The position numbers and the translations under genes are program-made. The notes beneath the pieces are model-generated. The model made no database searches. It saw only the letters and a list, made by a program, of their open reading frames with translations, and had not been told where the DNA came from. A stretch of 63,999 bases of DNA, the filler included, from Chlamydiia bacterium (GTDB taxonomy: Bacteria; Chlamydiota; Chlamydiia; Chlamydiales; FEN-1388), in assembly GCA_903848235.1 (NCBI GenBank). It is 9 parts of 9 records of this genome, joined end to end, with 100 filler letters (N's around TTAATTAATTAA, not from the genome) between each part and the next. Parts side by side here need not be neighbours in the genome. Positions count along the whole stretch, not along the records: positions 28,749 to 50,043 come from CAINFV010000045.1; 8 more parts are not named here. One strand, written 5' to 3'. This document shows, in pieces, positions 29,131 to 38,959 of this stretch. Numbering within the stretch: the first letter of the stretch is position 1; each line of letters starts with the position of its first letter.

Positions 29131-29412
29131 GTGAAAAAAATGATATATCCATTGTTGTGTATGGCTCTTTTCTCGTCCATGGCCTTGGTTGCCGCTCCTT
29201 CGGCTCCTCAGACTTCCAGCCAAGCGGCGAGAGAAAAAAATGTCCCTCCAGACCTTGTAGACCAAATCGATGCTACAGATGTCTATGCGATTCCTCTTGA
29301 TGACAGCGAAGAAGAAGAGGATGTAGAAGAAGCGCGTCTTGAAAAGATGCAAAAGGAGCTTCAAGCCAAATCATCAGCACCCGCAAAAACTCAGACTACA
29401 ACGAAAAAGTAG
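29131..29412 (+). CDS. Small secreted acidic protein
   Basis: Signal peptide MKKMIYPLLCMALFSSMALVA; DDSEEEEDVEE tract. Confidence 0.65.
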   Translation: MKKMIYPLLCMALFSSMALVAAPSAPQTSSQAAREKNVPPDLVDQIDATDVYAIPLDDSEEEEDVEEARLEKMQKELQAKSSAPAKTQTTTKK

Positions 29413-29418
29413 TAAGGG

Positions 29419-30603
29419 TCACTGATATAGCCGTTCGTGATTTCGACATCCAAGGAGTCGAAACCGAACGGCAGAATGAACGGGTGTTGTGTGATCTCCC
29501 CCGTCTTCTGGAAGCTGATAGGTGAAAAAGTCCTTGTATTGCTCGTACGAGAGCTTTGCTCTTGATGTGAGAAGAGACTGATGCTCCTCTCTGAAAAGAG
29601 CCTTTTGATAGCCTCGCTGAACAACGCCGCTGAAAAATTCACCAACACACCCAGAGCCATAGCTAAAAAAGCCTATTCGCTTCTCTGAGAGATCCTCAAG
29701 TTCATTTTCAAGTAGTGACGCGCAGCCGATGTACAAAGAGGCGGTATAGGCATTGCCTAGCTGCTTAGAGTAGAGTAAGCCAGGTTCTATCTGGCTATGG
29801 AGAGCTGTCGCACAGGTCTGAGAAGAAGCGCTTCTGGAAAGCCGTTCATGAGCTTTTTCCGCCATCCGTGTGAAGGGGATATGGTAGCAAAAGCGAGCGT
29901 GTTCTGAAAATCCGTGACCTGATTGTCGTGAATATTCTTCCCAGCACTTCAAAAGAGTGTTTAAATAGACTTTTGTCGAATATTTGCCATCGACGACAGC
30001 TTCATTCAAGTAGTTGGGCCTCCAAAAGTCCATCACATGATCTGCCACGACACCTTGATGGGGCTCTATGGCAACAAGACGGGGGGAGACCGACAAGATG
30101 ATAGCAACGGCTCCACAGCCTTGGGTAGGCTCTCCAGGAGTGTTCAGCCCATAGCGAGCATTATCAGAGGCAAGCAGCAATACCTTTTCGGTAGGATGCA
30201 TATGAAGGTAGCTTATTGCCAGCTGCAAGGCACAAGTAGCGCTATAGCAGGCTTGCTTGAGTTCGACAACACGGCATGATGAGGAAAGGCCGAGTAAATG
30301 GTGAACCCACAGCCCTGCTGCTTTTGACTGATCGACGCCTGATTCAGTAGCAAAGAGGACGAGATGGATATCGCGTTTGTTTTGCTCATCGATCAGAGGC
30401 AGAGCTGCGTGTGCAGCCATGGTTACAATATCTTCATCGGGAGGCATGACGGACATACAGTGCTGTCCTAAGCCGACATGGAACTTGTTGGGATCGATGC
30501 CACGCTGACTGGCAATTGTATGAAGATCGATAGCAAAGGACGGCGTGTAAAACCGTATGGCGTCTATTCCTATCTTTTTTTCTGATGACACCACATGACT
30601 CAT
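29419..30603 (-). CDS. mvaS: HMG-CoA synthase
   Basis: IGIDAI, FATESGVDQSKA, ELKQACY (catalytic Cys), GEPTQG, DFWRP, HIPF, GNAYTASLY, FSYGSG. Confidence 0.95.
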   Translation of the reverse strand: MSHVVSSEKKIGIDAIRFYTPSFAIDLHTIASQRGIDPNKFHVGLGQHCMSVMPPDEDIVTMAAHAALPLIDEQNKRDIHLVLFATESGVDQSKAAGLWVHHLLGLSSSCRVVELKQACYSATCALQLAISYLHMHPTEKVLLLASDNARYGLNTPGEPTQGCGAVAIILSVSPRLVAIEPHQGVVADHVMDFWRPNYLNEAVVDGKYSTKVYLNTLLKCWEEYSRQSGHGFSEHARFCYHIPFTRMAEKAHERLSRSASSQTCATALHSQIEPGLLYSKQLGNAYTASLYIGCASLLENELEDLSEKRIGFFSYGSGCVGEFFSGVVQRGYQKALFREEHQSLLTSRAKLSYEQYKDFFTYQLPEDGGDHTTPVHSAVRFRLLGCRNHERLYQ

Positions 30604-30609
30604 CTCGTT

Positions 30610-31650
30610 TTAGACACCTCTTTCTAATGACATGTGGGATCTGACAAGCTCACCAGGTTTCGTCTGTGCGGCGAGGAGGTTCAGTTCTCCACATAGGACA
30701 GTTGCTGCTACAATTTCTGCCAGGCGTCGGCTGTTAAGACCGGGAGGGCGAGCTTCCAGACAGCCAAGGCGTAGAAGAGCATCGTGAGTAGAAGGAAGCT
30801 CTTTGCCGGAGCCTACAGTCCCTACGATAATATTAGGGATGCTGACGCTAAAGTAGAGGTCTTCGCCTCGCACTTCACAATAGGTGATGCCTTGGGATCC
30901 TTCAACGATATTCGCAGCATCCTGGCCAGTGGCGAGATAGACAGCGAGTAGCATGTTGGCAAAGTGCGCATTAGCGCTTTGGACGCCGCCATTGATGATG
31001 GAACCGAGGAGGTTTTTCTTTGTGTTGAGTTCAGTAACCGCCTCAGGAGTAGTTTTGAGGAGTGTCTGGCAGATCTTTCGAGGGATGGTGACGTCGGCGA
31101 TGACACTCTTCCCTCGGCCTAAAATAGCATTGACAGATGAGACTTTCTTATCCGTGCAGTAGTTGCCGGAAACAGAGATATGACGCACGTCGGGAAACTT
31201 CGAGCAAATCCACCGCAAGATGGCGTCGGCTCCCTTTGTAATCATATTGTGACCCGCAGCATCGCCAGTGCTTCCGCTGATGCGAACATAGACACAAGGC
31301 CCAACGATTCGTACAAAAAGAGCGTTGCAATGAAGATAACGGCTTGTCGCATCGGCAATCGAAAAGAGTGTTGCTTCTTCGGTTTCCAAAAATGTTGCGA
31401 TTTCTGAGGCGCGCCGCGCGCTGCCAGCGTCAAAGACCACCGAGCGTGCCATAGCATCGTGGGTGATAGCGGTGGAGATGCCTCCTGCCTTGCTCGTCGC
31501 TCGTGCTCCTCGGGTAACCGATGGCCAGAGAGGAGTTTCGAAGGTGGCAAGAGGTACCTTTACTTCATATGTTGACGACTCCCCACATATAGTGAGGGGG
31601 CCAACATAGCGCATGGGCACCGGGGCGTAGCTGAGCTTTTTGTCTTCCAT
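30610..31650 (-). CDS. HMG-CoA reductase (short class I-like type)
   Basis: PLATFETPLWPSVTRG, TGDAAGHNM, SGNYCTDKK, ATGQDAANIVEGS, GTVG, GELNLLAA. Confidence 0.92.
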   Translation of the reverse strand: MEDKKLSYAPVPMRYVGPLTICGESSTYEVKVPLATFETPLWPSVTRGARATSKAGGISTAITHDAMARSVVFDAGSARRASEIATFLETEEATLFSIADATSRYLHCNALFVRIVGPCVYVRISGSTGDAAGHNMITKGADAILRWICSKFPDVRHISVSGNYCTDKKVSSVNAILGRGKSVIADVTIPRKICQTLLKTTPEAVTELNTKKNLLGSIINGGVQSANAHFANMLLAVYLATGQDAANIVEGSQGITYCEVRGEDLYFSVSIPNIIVGTVGSGKELPSTHDALLRLGCLEARPPGLNSRRLAEIVAATVLCGELNLLAAQTKPGELVRSHMSLERGV

Positions 31651-31899
31651 TCAGAGAGATTTTTGTTACGATCAGAAAACATATAGCATACCCCCCTTAC
31701 CACTTAGTAGTCCATCTTTACTAACTCATGTATCCTGGACTGTGTGCATTCAAAATCGCATTGCAACCTACACCTCTCTGAGGCGTTATGGCGCAAATGC
31801 AATTGTCGAATAAAACTTGTATTTCATGCTTTTCCATGATAAGCAAATAAATTGTTATAAAATATGAACTTTGCGCTGGACGTTGATAGGGAGGTCGGC

Positions 31900-32286
31900 A
31901 TGAGTGTCGGAGCTGAAGGTAACACATGGAGTCTTGAACAAACTATGTGGCTATTGGCCGGTCTACAAGAGCACCAATTTCTTTCTACAACTGCGATGTC
32001 TGGCAGTTCGGCTCTTTTCGGCGGTCGCCTCTACATCATTCCATCCCCAGGGATTTTGCCGCAGGGGATGCATGCTTCCTCCCCGGTTGAGGAACGAAGG
32101 GCTATTCAGGATGAAGTCAAACTGTTCTTAGAGAGGTTAGTGGCATCCTCCGGACTAGTGCCTGGAGCTAATCATCAGCTCCTTACACAGATTAAAACCA
32201 ATCTTGAAAAAAGGGGCTTTTATCAGGTGAAAAGTCTCAGGAAGAAGAACATATTCGGCAACTCATTCAAAAAGCCTTTACGATGA
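31900..32286 (+). CDS. Hypothetical protein translationally coupled to the large ORF downstream
   Basis: GGGAGGT RBS before ATG 31900; ATGA overlap with 32283. Confidence 0.55.
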   Translation: MSVGAEGNTWSLEQTMWLLAGLQEHQFLSTTAMSGSSALFGGRLYIIPSPGILPQGMHASSPVEERRAIQDEVKLFLERLVASSGLVPGANHQLLTQIKTNLEKRGFYQVKSLRKKNIFGNSFKKPLR

Positions 32287-35200
32287 TTAGTGATAGCGGC
32301 TCATCTCATGCGGAGGCACAAAGTGAGGCTACACAGCTCTCTTCGATTTCTGAGATCGATGGCTCTCTTGAGGAAGATGTGTCGAAAGAGACCCTTCATT
32401 CGGTACAGTTAGTCGAGATATTCGAACCCCCACCACTAGCAATAGAGGAGGAAGGTGAAGAGGCCGTTGAGGTAACTGCAGAGCCTTTCTCCCAAGAGGA
32501 AAAAAAAGAAGAGGCTCAAGAGTTAGAGGGGGGGCGTGAAGAGGCTGCTCGGATACCTGCGGCATCTCTCTTCTCAAAAGAGGTCGAACGGGGTGTTCTG
32601 GTGGCAAATACGGCATGGTTCCTCGACAGTCCCGTACATGGGGAGGATCTTGAATCCTGTGTCCGAGCTGTTGATTATTGGGACCAGTTGAGCAAAACTC
32701 AAATTTCTCTTCAGCCTGAGCAGTGGGTTTTGGCGGCTCGTGCAATTCTTGTGCTCCTCAAAACCGAAAAATACCAACAGAGTCCGGAGCTTCTTCAAGG
32801 GGCTGCTGATTTGCTCCTTCGTTTCTACATCTGCCATAACCGCCCTTCTCGCCTTCCTCCGGAATTATTTGCCCTTTCTCAACGGTTGAGCCAAACAACA
32901 GACCTCCAGGAACGGTGTTTCTTTGTCCGGTCAATGGCTCGTTGCACCCCAACGTTGGAAGATCCAAACGGGGTTGCCTGCCTGAAGATCATCGATGAAG
33001 AACACCGTGCCTCACGCTGGAGAACATGCGACCTTCAACTAAAGGGGGTTTCCAAAGATAAACCCTGGGCTGGTCAAACTGATCGAAAGGCCATTTTGGG
33101 GTTGTTGCACCATCTATCATCCTCTTGTAGCTCGGTGGAGCTTCTTTCCCGACCCGAGAATCTCGACAATCTGTGCGTGTGTCTTTTGTTCATCCTTTCA
33201 GCGCACTCTCTGTACGATCAAGAATGGGCAGAAAGTAAAGCATATTTTCGCACTCTCTTGCCTCTGCTAGAACCCTTGCTTCAACATCTTGGACAGATCG
33301 ACCAAATGAGTGACGAGGACCGGCAGCGGGCGAATAATTTCCGCATGCTCTTTTTCTTTATGCAAGGAACAAACTTTGTTCACAGGATGGATCATGAACG
33401 AGAGCCTTCAGGCGGCTTTTCTATTTGGGGGCAAAGGCAAGGAACGTCTGCGCTTGTAGGGAATACCAAAGATACCTTCACAATATCGGATCTCCATAGC
33501 GCTTTGAGCGAGGCTCGTGAGGTTGCAAAACGTGATCGACGAAAGCTAACTCCACAGAGGCCGGTCGATTTGTTTCAGGTCGAGCCTCTTCCCTTGATCC
33601 CGCCCCCGAGGGGTGGCATTGTTCCTCAGTGGGAGAGGATTTTTTTCGAAGGTTCCGCAGAAAGCCTAGCATCCTCCTGGAGTGATCGACAAGATGCCGC
33701 TCGACATGCTGCTGCTGATATCGTAGAGGCTTTTCACGATGTCCTGCCTCCGATTGATTTCCTCGCATTAGTTCGAGCAGTGCAAGAGGGGAGTGGGACT
33801 GTTAATTCATACCTTGCCTCTATGGAAGATCAGGGGCTTACCCTTTTGAAGGAGTATGTATACCCTTTCATCGTTCTTACAAGACTAGCTCAGACGGACC
33901 AGGAAGCTCTTTGCGCAAAATTTATCGCTGGTGCGGCCAGCGCTGATGAGATCTGCTCGTTGGGCGGCGAAGATCGAGCTGTACAAATTGCTGTTTTGAA
34001 GAATGTGGTGCGCCTGATGCGGCCACAAACACAAGGTGATGTTGGAGGAGGTCTTGCCACAAGTGCTATCCATGCCAGCCAGGTTTCGATGTTGCGAACC
34101 ATGGTCTCATCGATCGAAACCGGAAAGCAAGTTTACATATGTAATGAGACGGGTTCTGGGAAGACGACAATGGCAAAGATAGCCGCACAAATTGTCTCCT
34201 TCCAAGTTCCTATGGTGCTTCACGTTGCTCCATTTACGCAGGCTGAAAAGGGGTGGAAGCGCTTAACTCAGTGGAGCGATCTAGATGGGGTGGAGGAGCA
34301 GCAGACGCCTCACTTTTGGATTACAGCTGCAGATCTGAGCGATCTTATGCGAAAAGGCGTTCCAGAGAGATATAAGACTATCCTTCAGAAAAGTTTTCTC
34401 CTTATGGATGAGTATGACAGCGAAGCATACCGATATGTTGTTCAAAAGGCCTCTGGCGATACCGAGATGAGCTCAGTGCAAGATGAGTTGGTCTTTAGCC
34501 TGGGTGCCCAACGATTATGCAACATGTCTGCCACGCCGAACCTTGAAACCTTTAAGAATAAAATCGAACGATATCAAAAAAAGCTCGAAGAAGTATCTTC
34601 CCTGCCAGAAAAAGTTCGAGAAGAACGGGCTGCTTATTACCGCACCCAGATAGGTGAATTGACAGCCCGCCGTGATGAGTTGCTGCGGTCCATGACCAGA
34701 GAGTGGGCCCGTAGTATGACCATTGTGCCAATAGCCTCCGAGTCTGATCCGCAAGCTCAGATCGAACAGGTCTTTACTCATCTGCGATCTGAGCCTTTTG
34801 GCCAAGAGCGAAGGGGGAGTGTGTTAGTAGAGATGCCAAGATTTGTCTTGACGCCACCCTTTGTCGATTCTCTTCATGACCAAATGCAATCGCTCTTTCC
34901 AACCGGCCCCGCAGCTATTCTTTTCAGGGATAGCAACGGATCTGTTCAAGCCCATCTTTTTGGGCCACCCTGGACGCAGATGTCGCTAGAGGAGTTCACT
35001 GATCGCTATCCTTCGTTTGATTCTGCGCCGCCAACAGTGTGCTTCTACGCCCAGGATAGCGTTGGAGGTGATTTTGGGCTCTTCAGTAATGAGCGCTTTG
35101 TCCGCTCTCAGCACATCTTATATCCAGGCAGCGTAGCACCAAGCTATGCTTTTTTCCAAAACCTACGTCGCCAACGCGTCAATCGAGGAGCGCCTGCAGC

Positions 35201-36326
35201 AGGAGAAGCTCTGGTTCCTTCTAGGACACCTGCGACCATGTATTTAGGTGTTGAGGCTGAAGCGTCGCTGCATCTAACCCTAGAAGAGGAACAAGGCCTT
35301 GCCCTGTTGCCAGGAACGGAACATAGTGCGCGTCTAGACGAGCTGCGAAAGCAAAAGCTTATAGTTCAAGCTGATGCAACAGCGTTGCATTTTTATCGAC
35401 AGATGGAGAGTAGCCGCATCAAACTGAAGACCATTCGGAAGAAACAGCAGATGCTCTCAGAAATATTGGAGATGGATAGGATCGCCCTTATGGGAGTGTT
35501 AGAAAAACTTCAACTTCCTGTTGATTCAGCAGAACTTCTTACGAAGCAGATAAACCAATTGTTTTCCGAGGCGCGAGCGAACAGTGTCGTTGGTTTTGAA
35601 GAGGATGTCAAAGAAGCTCGAAAACGAATCCATTCGAGTATAACGGAACAATTGACAGTTCTTCAGACAAATCCTCTTTTCCGTGCGTCTGAACTTGAAT
35701 GGCACGAAGCAGTGCTTGGCCTACACGCTCTATTTCCTCCAACGATTCCATCTGCCGACCCGTGGGACTACATCGTCAAGTGTCTTAAAAATGCGTACAG
35801 TAAGCAGACCTCTCCTGTAGATGTACTTTTGGATCCTGTTCAGCAGTGGTCAGAGCGCCAAGCAAATCGCATGCTCCATCCGATTCCTTCGCGTAAAGCG
35901 GTCGAAGAGGCTCTCAAGCGTGTGCGTCTGCGGTCAAAAATTCTTCCTGCTGTAGATGCTTACATTGAAGTCCCGCCGGAGCGACCAGGAGTGCCTCTTT
36001 TGCCGCCTACAGATATGATTAAGGCAATCGTTGGTGCTCAGACACGGGATCTGAAGGCAGCGCAGCGATTTCTCGACCGCTTGGCCGTAGCAAAAGAAGA
36101 ATCGGTTGCATTTCAAGACAAGCATGTCAAATATTTGAAGGAGTTCGCTGAGCAGGGCCAACAGATCAAAGAGTGGTTGCGAGAGTACATTGATGCTCTT
36201 GGAACTGATAGGCCAGGCGTTTTCATGTCTGAGGAAGAGGCTCTTGCTCAATCTCCTAGGGTCAAAGCGCTCGCTCGTAAGTCAGAAGAATACAAACGGA
36301 AACACGAAGAATACACTGGCCGTTAG
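32283..36326 (+). CDS. 1347-aa protein with a divergent SF2 helicase/ATPase-like core
   Basis: NETGSGKTT (Walker A), LLMDEYD (DExD), MSATP (motif III), QNLRRQR (motif VI-like); acidic N-terminus. Confidence 0.7.
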   Translation: MISDSGSSHAEAQSEATQLSSISEIDGSLEEDVSKETLHSVQLVEIFEPPPLAIEEEGEEAVEVTAEPFSQEEKKEEAQELEGGREEAARIPAASLFSKEVERGVLVANTAWFLDSPVHGEDLESCVRAVDYWDQLSKTQISLQPEQWVLAARAILVLLKTEKYQQSPELLQGAADLLLRFYICHNRPSRLPPELFALSQRLSQTTDLQERCFFVRSMARCTPTLEDPNGVACLKIIDEEHRASRWRTCDLQLKGVSKDKPWAGQTDRKAILGLLHHLSSSCSSVELLSRPENLDNLCVCLLFILSAHSLYDQEWAESKAYFRTLLPLLEPLLQHLGQIDQMSDEDRQRANNFRMLFFFMQGTNFVHRMDHEREPSGGFSIWGQRQGTSALVGNTKDTFTISDLHSALSEAREVAKRDRRKLTPQRPVDLFQVEPLPLIPPPRGGIVPQWERIFFEGSAESLASSWSDRQDAARHAAADIVEAFHDVLPPIDFLALVRAVQEGSGTVNSYLASMEDQGLTLLKEYVYPFIVLTRLAQTDQEALCAKFIAGAASADEICSLGGEDRAVQIAVLKNVVRLMRPQTQGDVGGGLATSAIHASQVSMLRTMVSSIETGKQVYICNETGSGKTTMAKIAAQIVSFQVPMVLHVAPFTQAEKGWKRLTQWSDLDGVEEQQTPHFWITAADLSDLMRKGVPERYKTILQKSFLLMDEYDSEAYRYVVQKASGDTEMSSVQDELVFSLGAQRLCNMSATPNLETFKNKIERYQKKLEEVSSLPEKVREERAAYYRTQIGELTARRDELLRSMTREWARSMTIVPIASESDPQAQIEQVFTHLRSEPFGQERRGSVLVEMPRFVLTPPFVDSLHDQMQSLFPTGPAAILFRDSNGSVQAHLFGPPWTQMSLEEFTDRYPSFDSAPPTVCFYAQDSVGGDFGLFSNERFVRSQHILYPGSVAPSYAFFQNLRRQRVNRGAPAAGEALVPSRTPATMYLGVEAEASLHLTLEEEQGLALLPGTEHSARLDELRKQKLIVQADATALHFYRQMESSRIKLKTIRKKQQMLSEILEMDRIALMGVLEKLQLPVDSAELLTKQINQLFSEARANSVVGFEEDVKEARKRIHSSITEQLTVLQTNPLFRASELEWHEAVLGLHALFPPTIPSADPWDYIVKCLKNAYSKQTSPVDVLLDPVQQWSERQANRMLHPIPSRKAVEEALKRVRLRSKILPAVDAYIEVPPERPGVPLLPPTDMIKAIVGAQTRDLKAAQRFLDRLAVAKEESVAFQDKHVKYLKEFAEQGQQIKEWLREYIDALGTDRPGVFMSEEEALAQSPRVKALARKSEEYKRKHEEYTGR

Positions 36327-36437
36327 TGTTTTTTTGGGGCAAGAAGAGGTGTAAATCTTTCTTGCAAAGTACGGTGATGTTTTGACATAGATTGAATATG
36401 CGGAGTCGCTCGTTAGCTACAAAGAGAGGAGGCGTGT

Positions 36438-37520
36438 ATGCCTATCGAAAGAGCAAGTGTACCACCACTGCCAGAAGCGGTTGGCTCGACCGCACTTCCT
36501 TCTGCAGCTGGAGACGTTTCCCTTTTGGAGCAGAAGACTGACTCAGTAGGGGAAAAAACCTTTAATAATGGTGTTTTGCCCGATAAGTTCCCCCCACTAG
36601 TTACCCGTGAATTCACGCGGCTTTCGAAGCCATTGCCATTAGGATTATCGCAGAACGACCTGATAGGCGTGGTTGGATCTATTATGAAGACGCATGGAAT
36701 ATCTGGAGGTCCTGCCATTGGAGCGGAGGCGGTGGCCCTCCATCGGTTGAGTTCTCTTGTCAATCGCCTTTGCGAAGGCAGTGGCTACCAAGCGCCAATC
36801 CCTCGATCAGAACGGCTTGCCATCCATACAAAAGAAGGAAAAGAGGTAAATGTAATCCTTACCGACGCTGGGGCTACTATCACCGGTATTGAGAAAAATC
36901 AGCTTCTTCAGTTGCTCGAAGAGCTAAAAGATACAAATCCCAATCAGTATGCTCATTTACAATCACTTTTAGATGCGGGGAAATTGGTTGTCGTTTCGAA
37001 AGATGAGCTGGCCAAGATCGATGAAATTGCGGAAGACAAATTTAGTCAGATAGCCACCGCGCTCAGTGACAGCCTCAGCGAAAAAGTAGAAACTGATGAG
37101 AGAGTGGCAGCTGGTAGCAGAGTGGGACAACACCGGACGATTACAACGATCAGTGTAGATGCTGTTGTGACAAATGGGATAGCGCAGGAAATATTGATGC
37201 AAGGCTTCAGGGATCAGAAAAGGAGTGCAGAACACGTTCATCAAGAACGGCAACTCTTGAGACAACAAGAGGAAAAGGACATTCGTAAGGAAGAACTGAA
37301 AAAACACGAGAAAATGGAAGCAATTCTGAAGGAAGATATAGTGCATTATGCCCTGGAAACTGACGTAGAAAAATTAGCTGCTGTGAAGTCGAGAGAAAAA
37401 ACACAGGCTGTCGGTCATGACAGGGGAGACCAAGACTTCAACCGTCGTGTTGGAGTTTCTGAAGAACTGAGGGAAGGCGGGGTTGCAACACCTCCTCCTA
37501 GTACGCCGCGCGCACTGTAG
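36438..37520 (+). CDS. Orphan coiled-coil protein, effector-like
   Basis: GAGGAGG RBS; Pro/Ser-rich N-terminus; charged coiled coil. Confidence 0.7.
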   Translation: MPIERASVPPLPEAVGSTALPSAAGDVSLLEQKTDSVGEKTFNNGVLPDKFPPLVTREFTRLSKPLPLGLSQNDLIGVVGSIMKTHGISGGPAIGAEAVALHRLSSLVNRLCEGSGYQAPIPRSERLAIHTKEGKEVNVILTDAGATITGIEKNQLLQLLEELKDTNPNQYAHLQSLLDAGKLVVVSKDELAKIDEIAEDKFSQIATALSDSLSEKVETDERVAAGSRVGQHRTITTISVDAVVTNGIAQEILMQGFRDQKRSAEHVHQERQLLRQQEEKDIRKEELKKHEKMEAILKEDIVHYALETDVEKLAAVKSREKTQAVGHDRGDQDFNRRVGVSEELREGGVATPPPSTPRAL

Positions 37521-37601
37521 CGATGACATTTTTTACCTTTGTCTCCAAAATTACCTGGAAATAAAGAATTCCAACCTCACGGTAGATCATTTTTCTCTCT
37601 T

Positions 37602-37612
37602 TGTGGTATGAT
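37602..37612 (+). promoter_or_regulatory. Extended -10 promoter upstream of rplS
   Basis: TGTGG-TATGAT about 200 nt before the ATG. Confidence 0.5.
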
Positions 37613-37813
37613 GTTGCCACTTTTACAAGAACAACCTTCAGTTGTCTGCTTGTGTGCCATCTTTAACCGCTTCTTTTTTAGTTTGTGAAGCGCTTGAAGG
37701 TTCCTACAATGAGGTGGCTGCCGCTGATAAGGCCGTGCAGTGGGGCGTACGAGACGTATAGCTGATCGTGTATTTACGAATGACCGTACCCGACGTCGAT
37801 CAAGGAGAAACTC

Positions 37814-38233
37814 ATGGGTAGAAATGCATTAATCGAGGCTGTTGAACAAGGGCAGCTGAAAAAAGATATCCCTTCCTTCCGTGTCGGCGACACAGTGAAA
37901 GTGGACATTCGTATCGTCGAAGAAGGCGGAAAAGAGCGCGTTCAAAGTTTCAGCGGAACCTGTATTGCTCGAAAGGGGACAGGGATCTCGGAGACATTTT
38001 CTTTGCACCGTATTGCCTACGGCGAAGGAATGGAGCGGGTTATCTTTCTCCACAGCCCACTTGTTGTTGGCATTGAAGTTGTTCGCCATGGAACTGCCCG
38101 ACGAGGGAAGCTCTATTACCTCCGAGGAACCTCTGGGAAAGCTGCGAAAGTCAAAGGCCGCTATGAGCCTGCTGTAAAAGCAGAAGAGATTGAACTTCAA
38201 GAAGCTGTTGTCGTTGAAGAAACTCCTGCATAG
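37814..38233 (+). CDS. rplS: 50S ribosomal protein L19
   Basis: FRVGDTVKV, KERVQSFSG, GEGMER, RRGKLYYLR. Confidence 0.97.
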   Translation: MGRNALIEAVEQGQLKKDIPSFRVGDTVKVDIRIVEEGGKERVQSFSGTCIARKGTGISETFSLHRIAYGEGMERVIFLHSPLVVGIEVVRHGTARRGKLYYLRGTSGKAAKVKGRYEPAVKAEEIELQEAVVVEETPA

Positions 38234-38244
38234 GGTTTTTCCGT

Positions 38245-38949
38245 ATGCGCCAGCTGGAGCTGTTTGCGCGGTCAAAAGATCGGTCAAAAACGAGCGAGCT
38301 CTCAGAGATCGCTCGTAAAAAGCCATCGTCGTTAGAGCGTCAACTCAAAAAGCGCGGTATTTGTCGGTTTGCTGGCGTTGATGAGGTAGGACGAGGGCCT
38401 CTTGCCGGCCCCGTTGTTGCGTGTGCTTGCGTCATCCCTGAAGGAGCCTCCTTCAAGGGTCTTAAGGACAGTAAACTGTTAAGCCCAGAGATGATCGTTA
38501 GGCTCTACCATGAGCTTATCGAATGCCCTCTTATTGATTATTCTATTGCCATTGTTGATCACGAGGTTATCGACCGCATCAACATCCTGCAGGCCAGCCT
38601 CCAGGCAATGAGGGAGGCCGTTGAAGGCCTTAAAACACCTCCCCAGATGGCCGTCATCGACGGCAACCACATTCCGCCAGCCCTTTCCATGCCATGCCTT
38701 GCTGTTGTCAAAGGCGATAGTCATTGCCAGTCTGTGAGCGCGGCATCGGTGATTGCGAAGTTTATCCGAGATCGTCTCATGGACGATTTTGATAAAAAGT
38801 GGCCTGAATACGGCTTTGCAAGCCATAAAGGCTATGGCACGGAACTGCATTTTGAGAAGCTTCAGCAGTTTGGCCCATGTCCCATACATCGTAAGACCTT
38901 TTCCCCAATCTCTGAGCTTTTAGGTCCTCAACAGCTCTCTTTGTTCTAG
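38245..38949 (+). CDS. rnhB: Ribonuclease HII
   Basis: GVDEVGRGPLAGPV, DSK, DGN, AASVIAK, HKGYGT, HRKTF. Confidence 0.96.
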   Translation: MRQLELFARSKDRSKTSELSEIARKKPSSLERQLKKRGICRFAGVDEVGRGPLAGPVVACACVIPEGASFKGLKDSKLLSPEMIVRLYHELIECPLIDYSIAIVDHEVIDRINILQASLQAMREAVEGLKTPPQMAVIDGNHIPPALSMPCLAVVKGDSHCQSVSAASVIAKFIRDRLMDDFDKKWPEYGFASHKGYGTELHFEKLQQFGPCPIHRKTFSPISELLGPQQLSLF

Positions 38950-38959
38950 CAGTGGAGTT

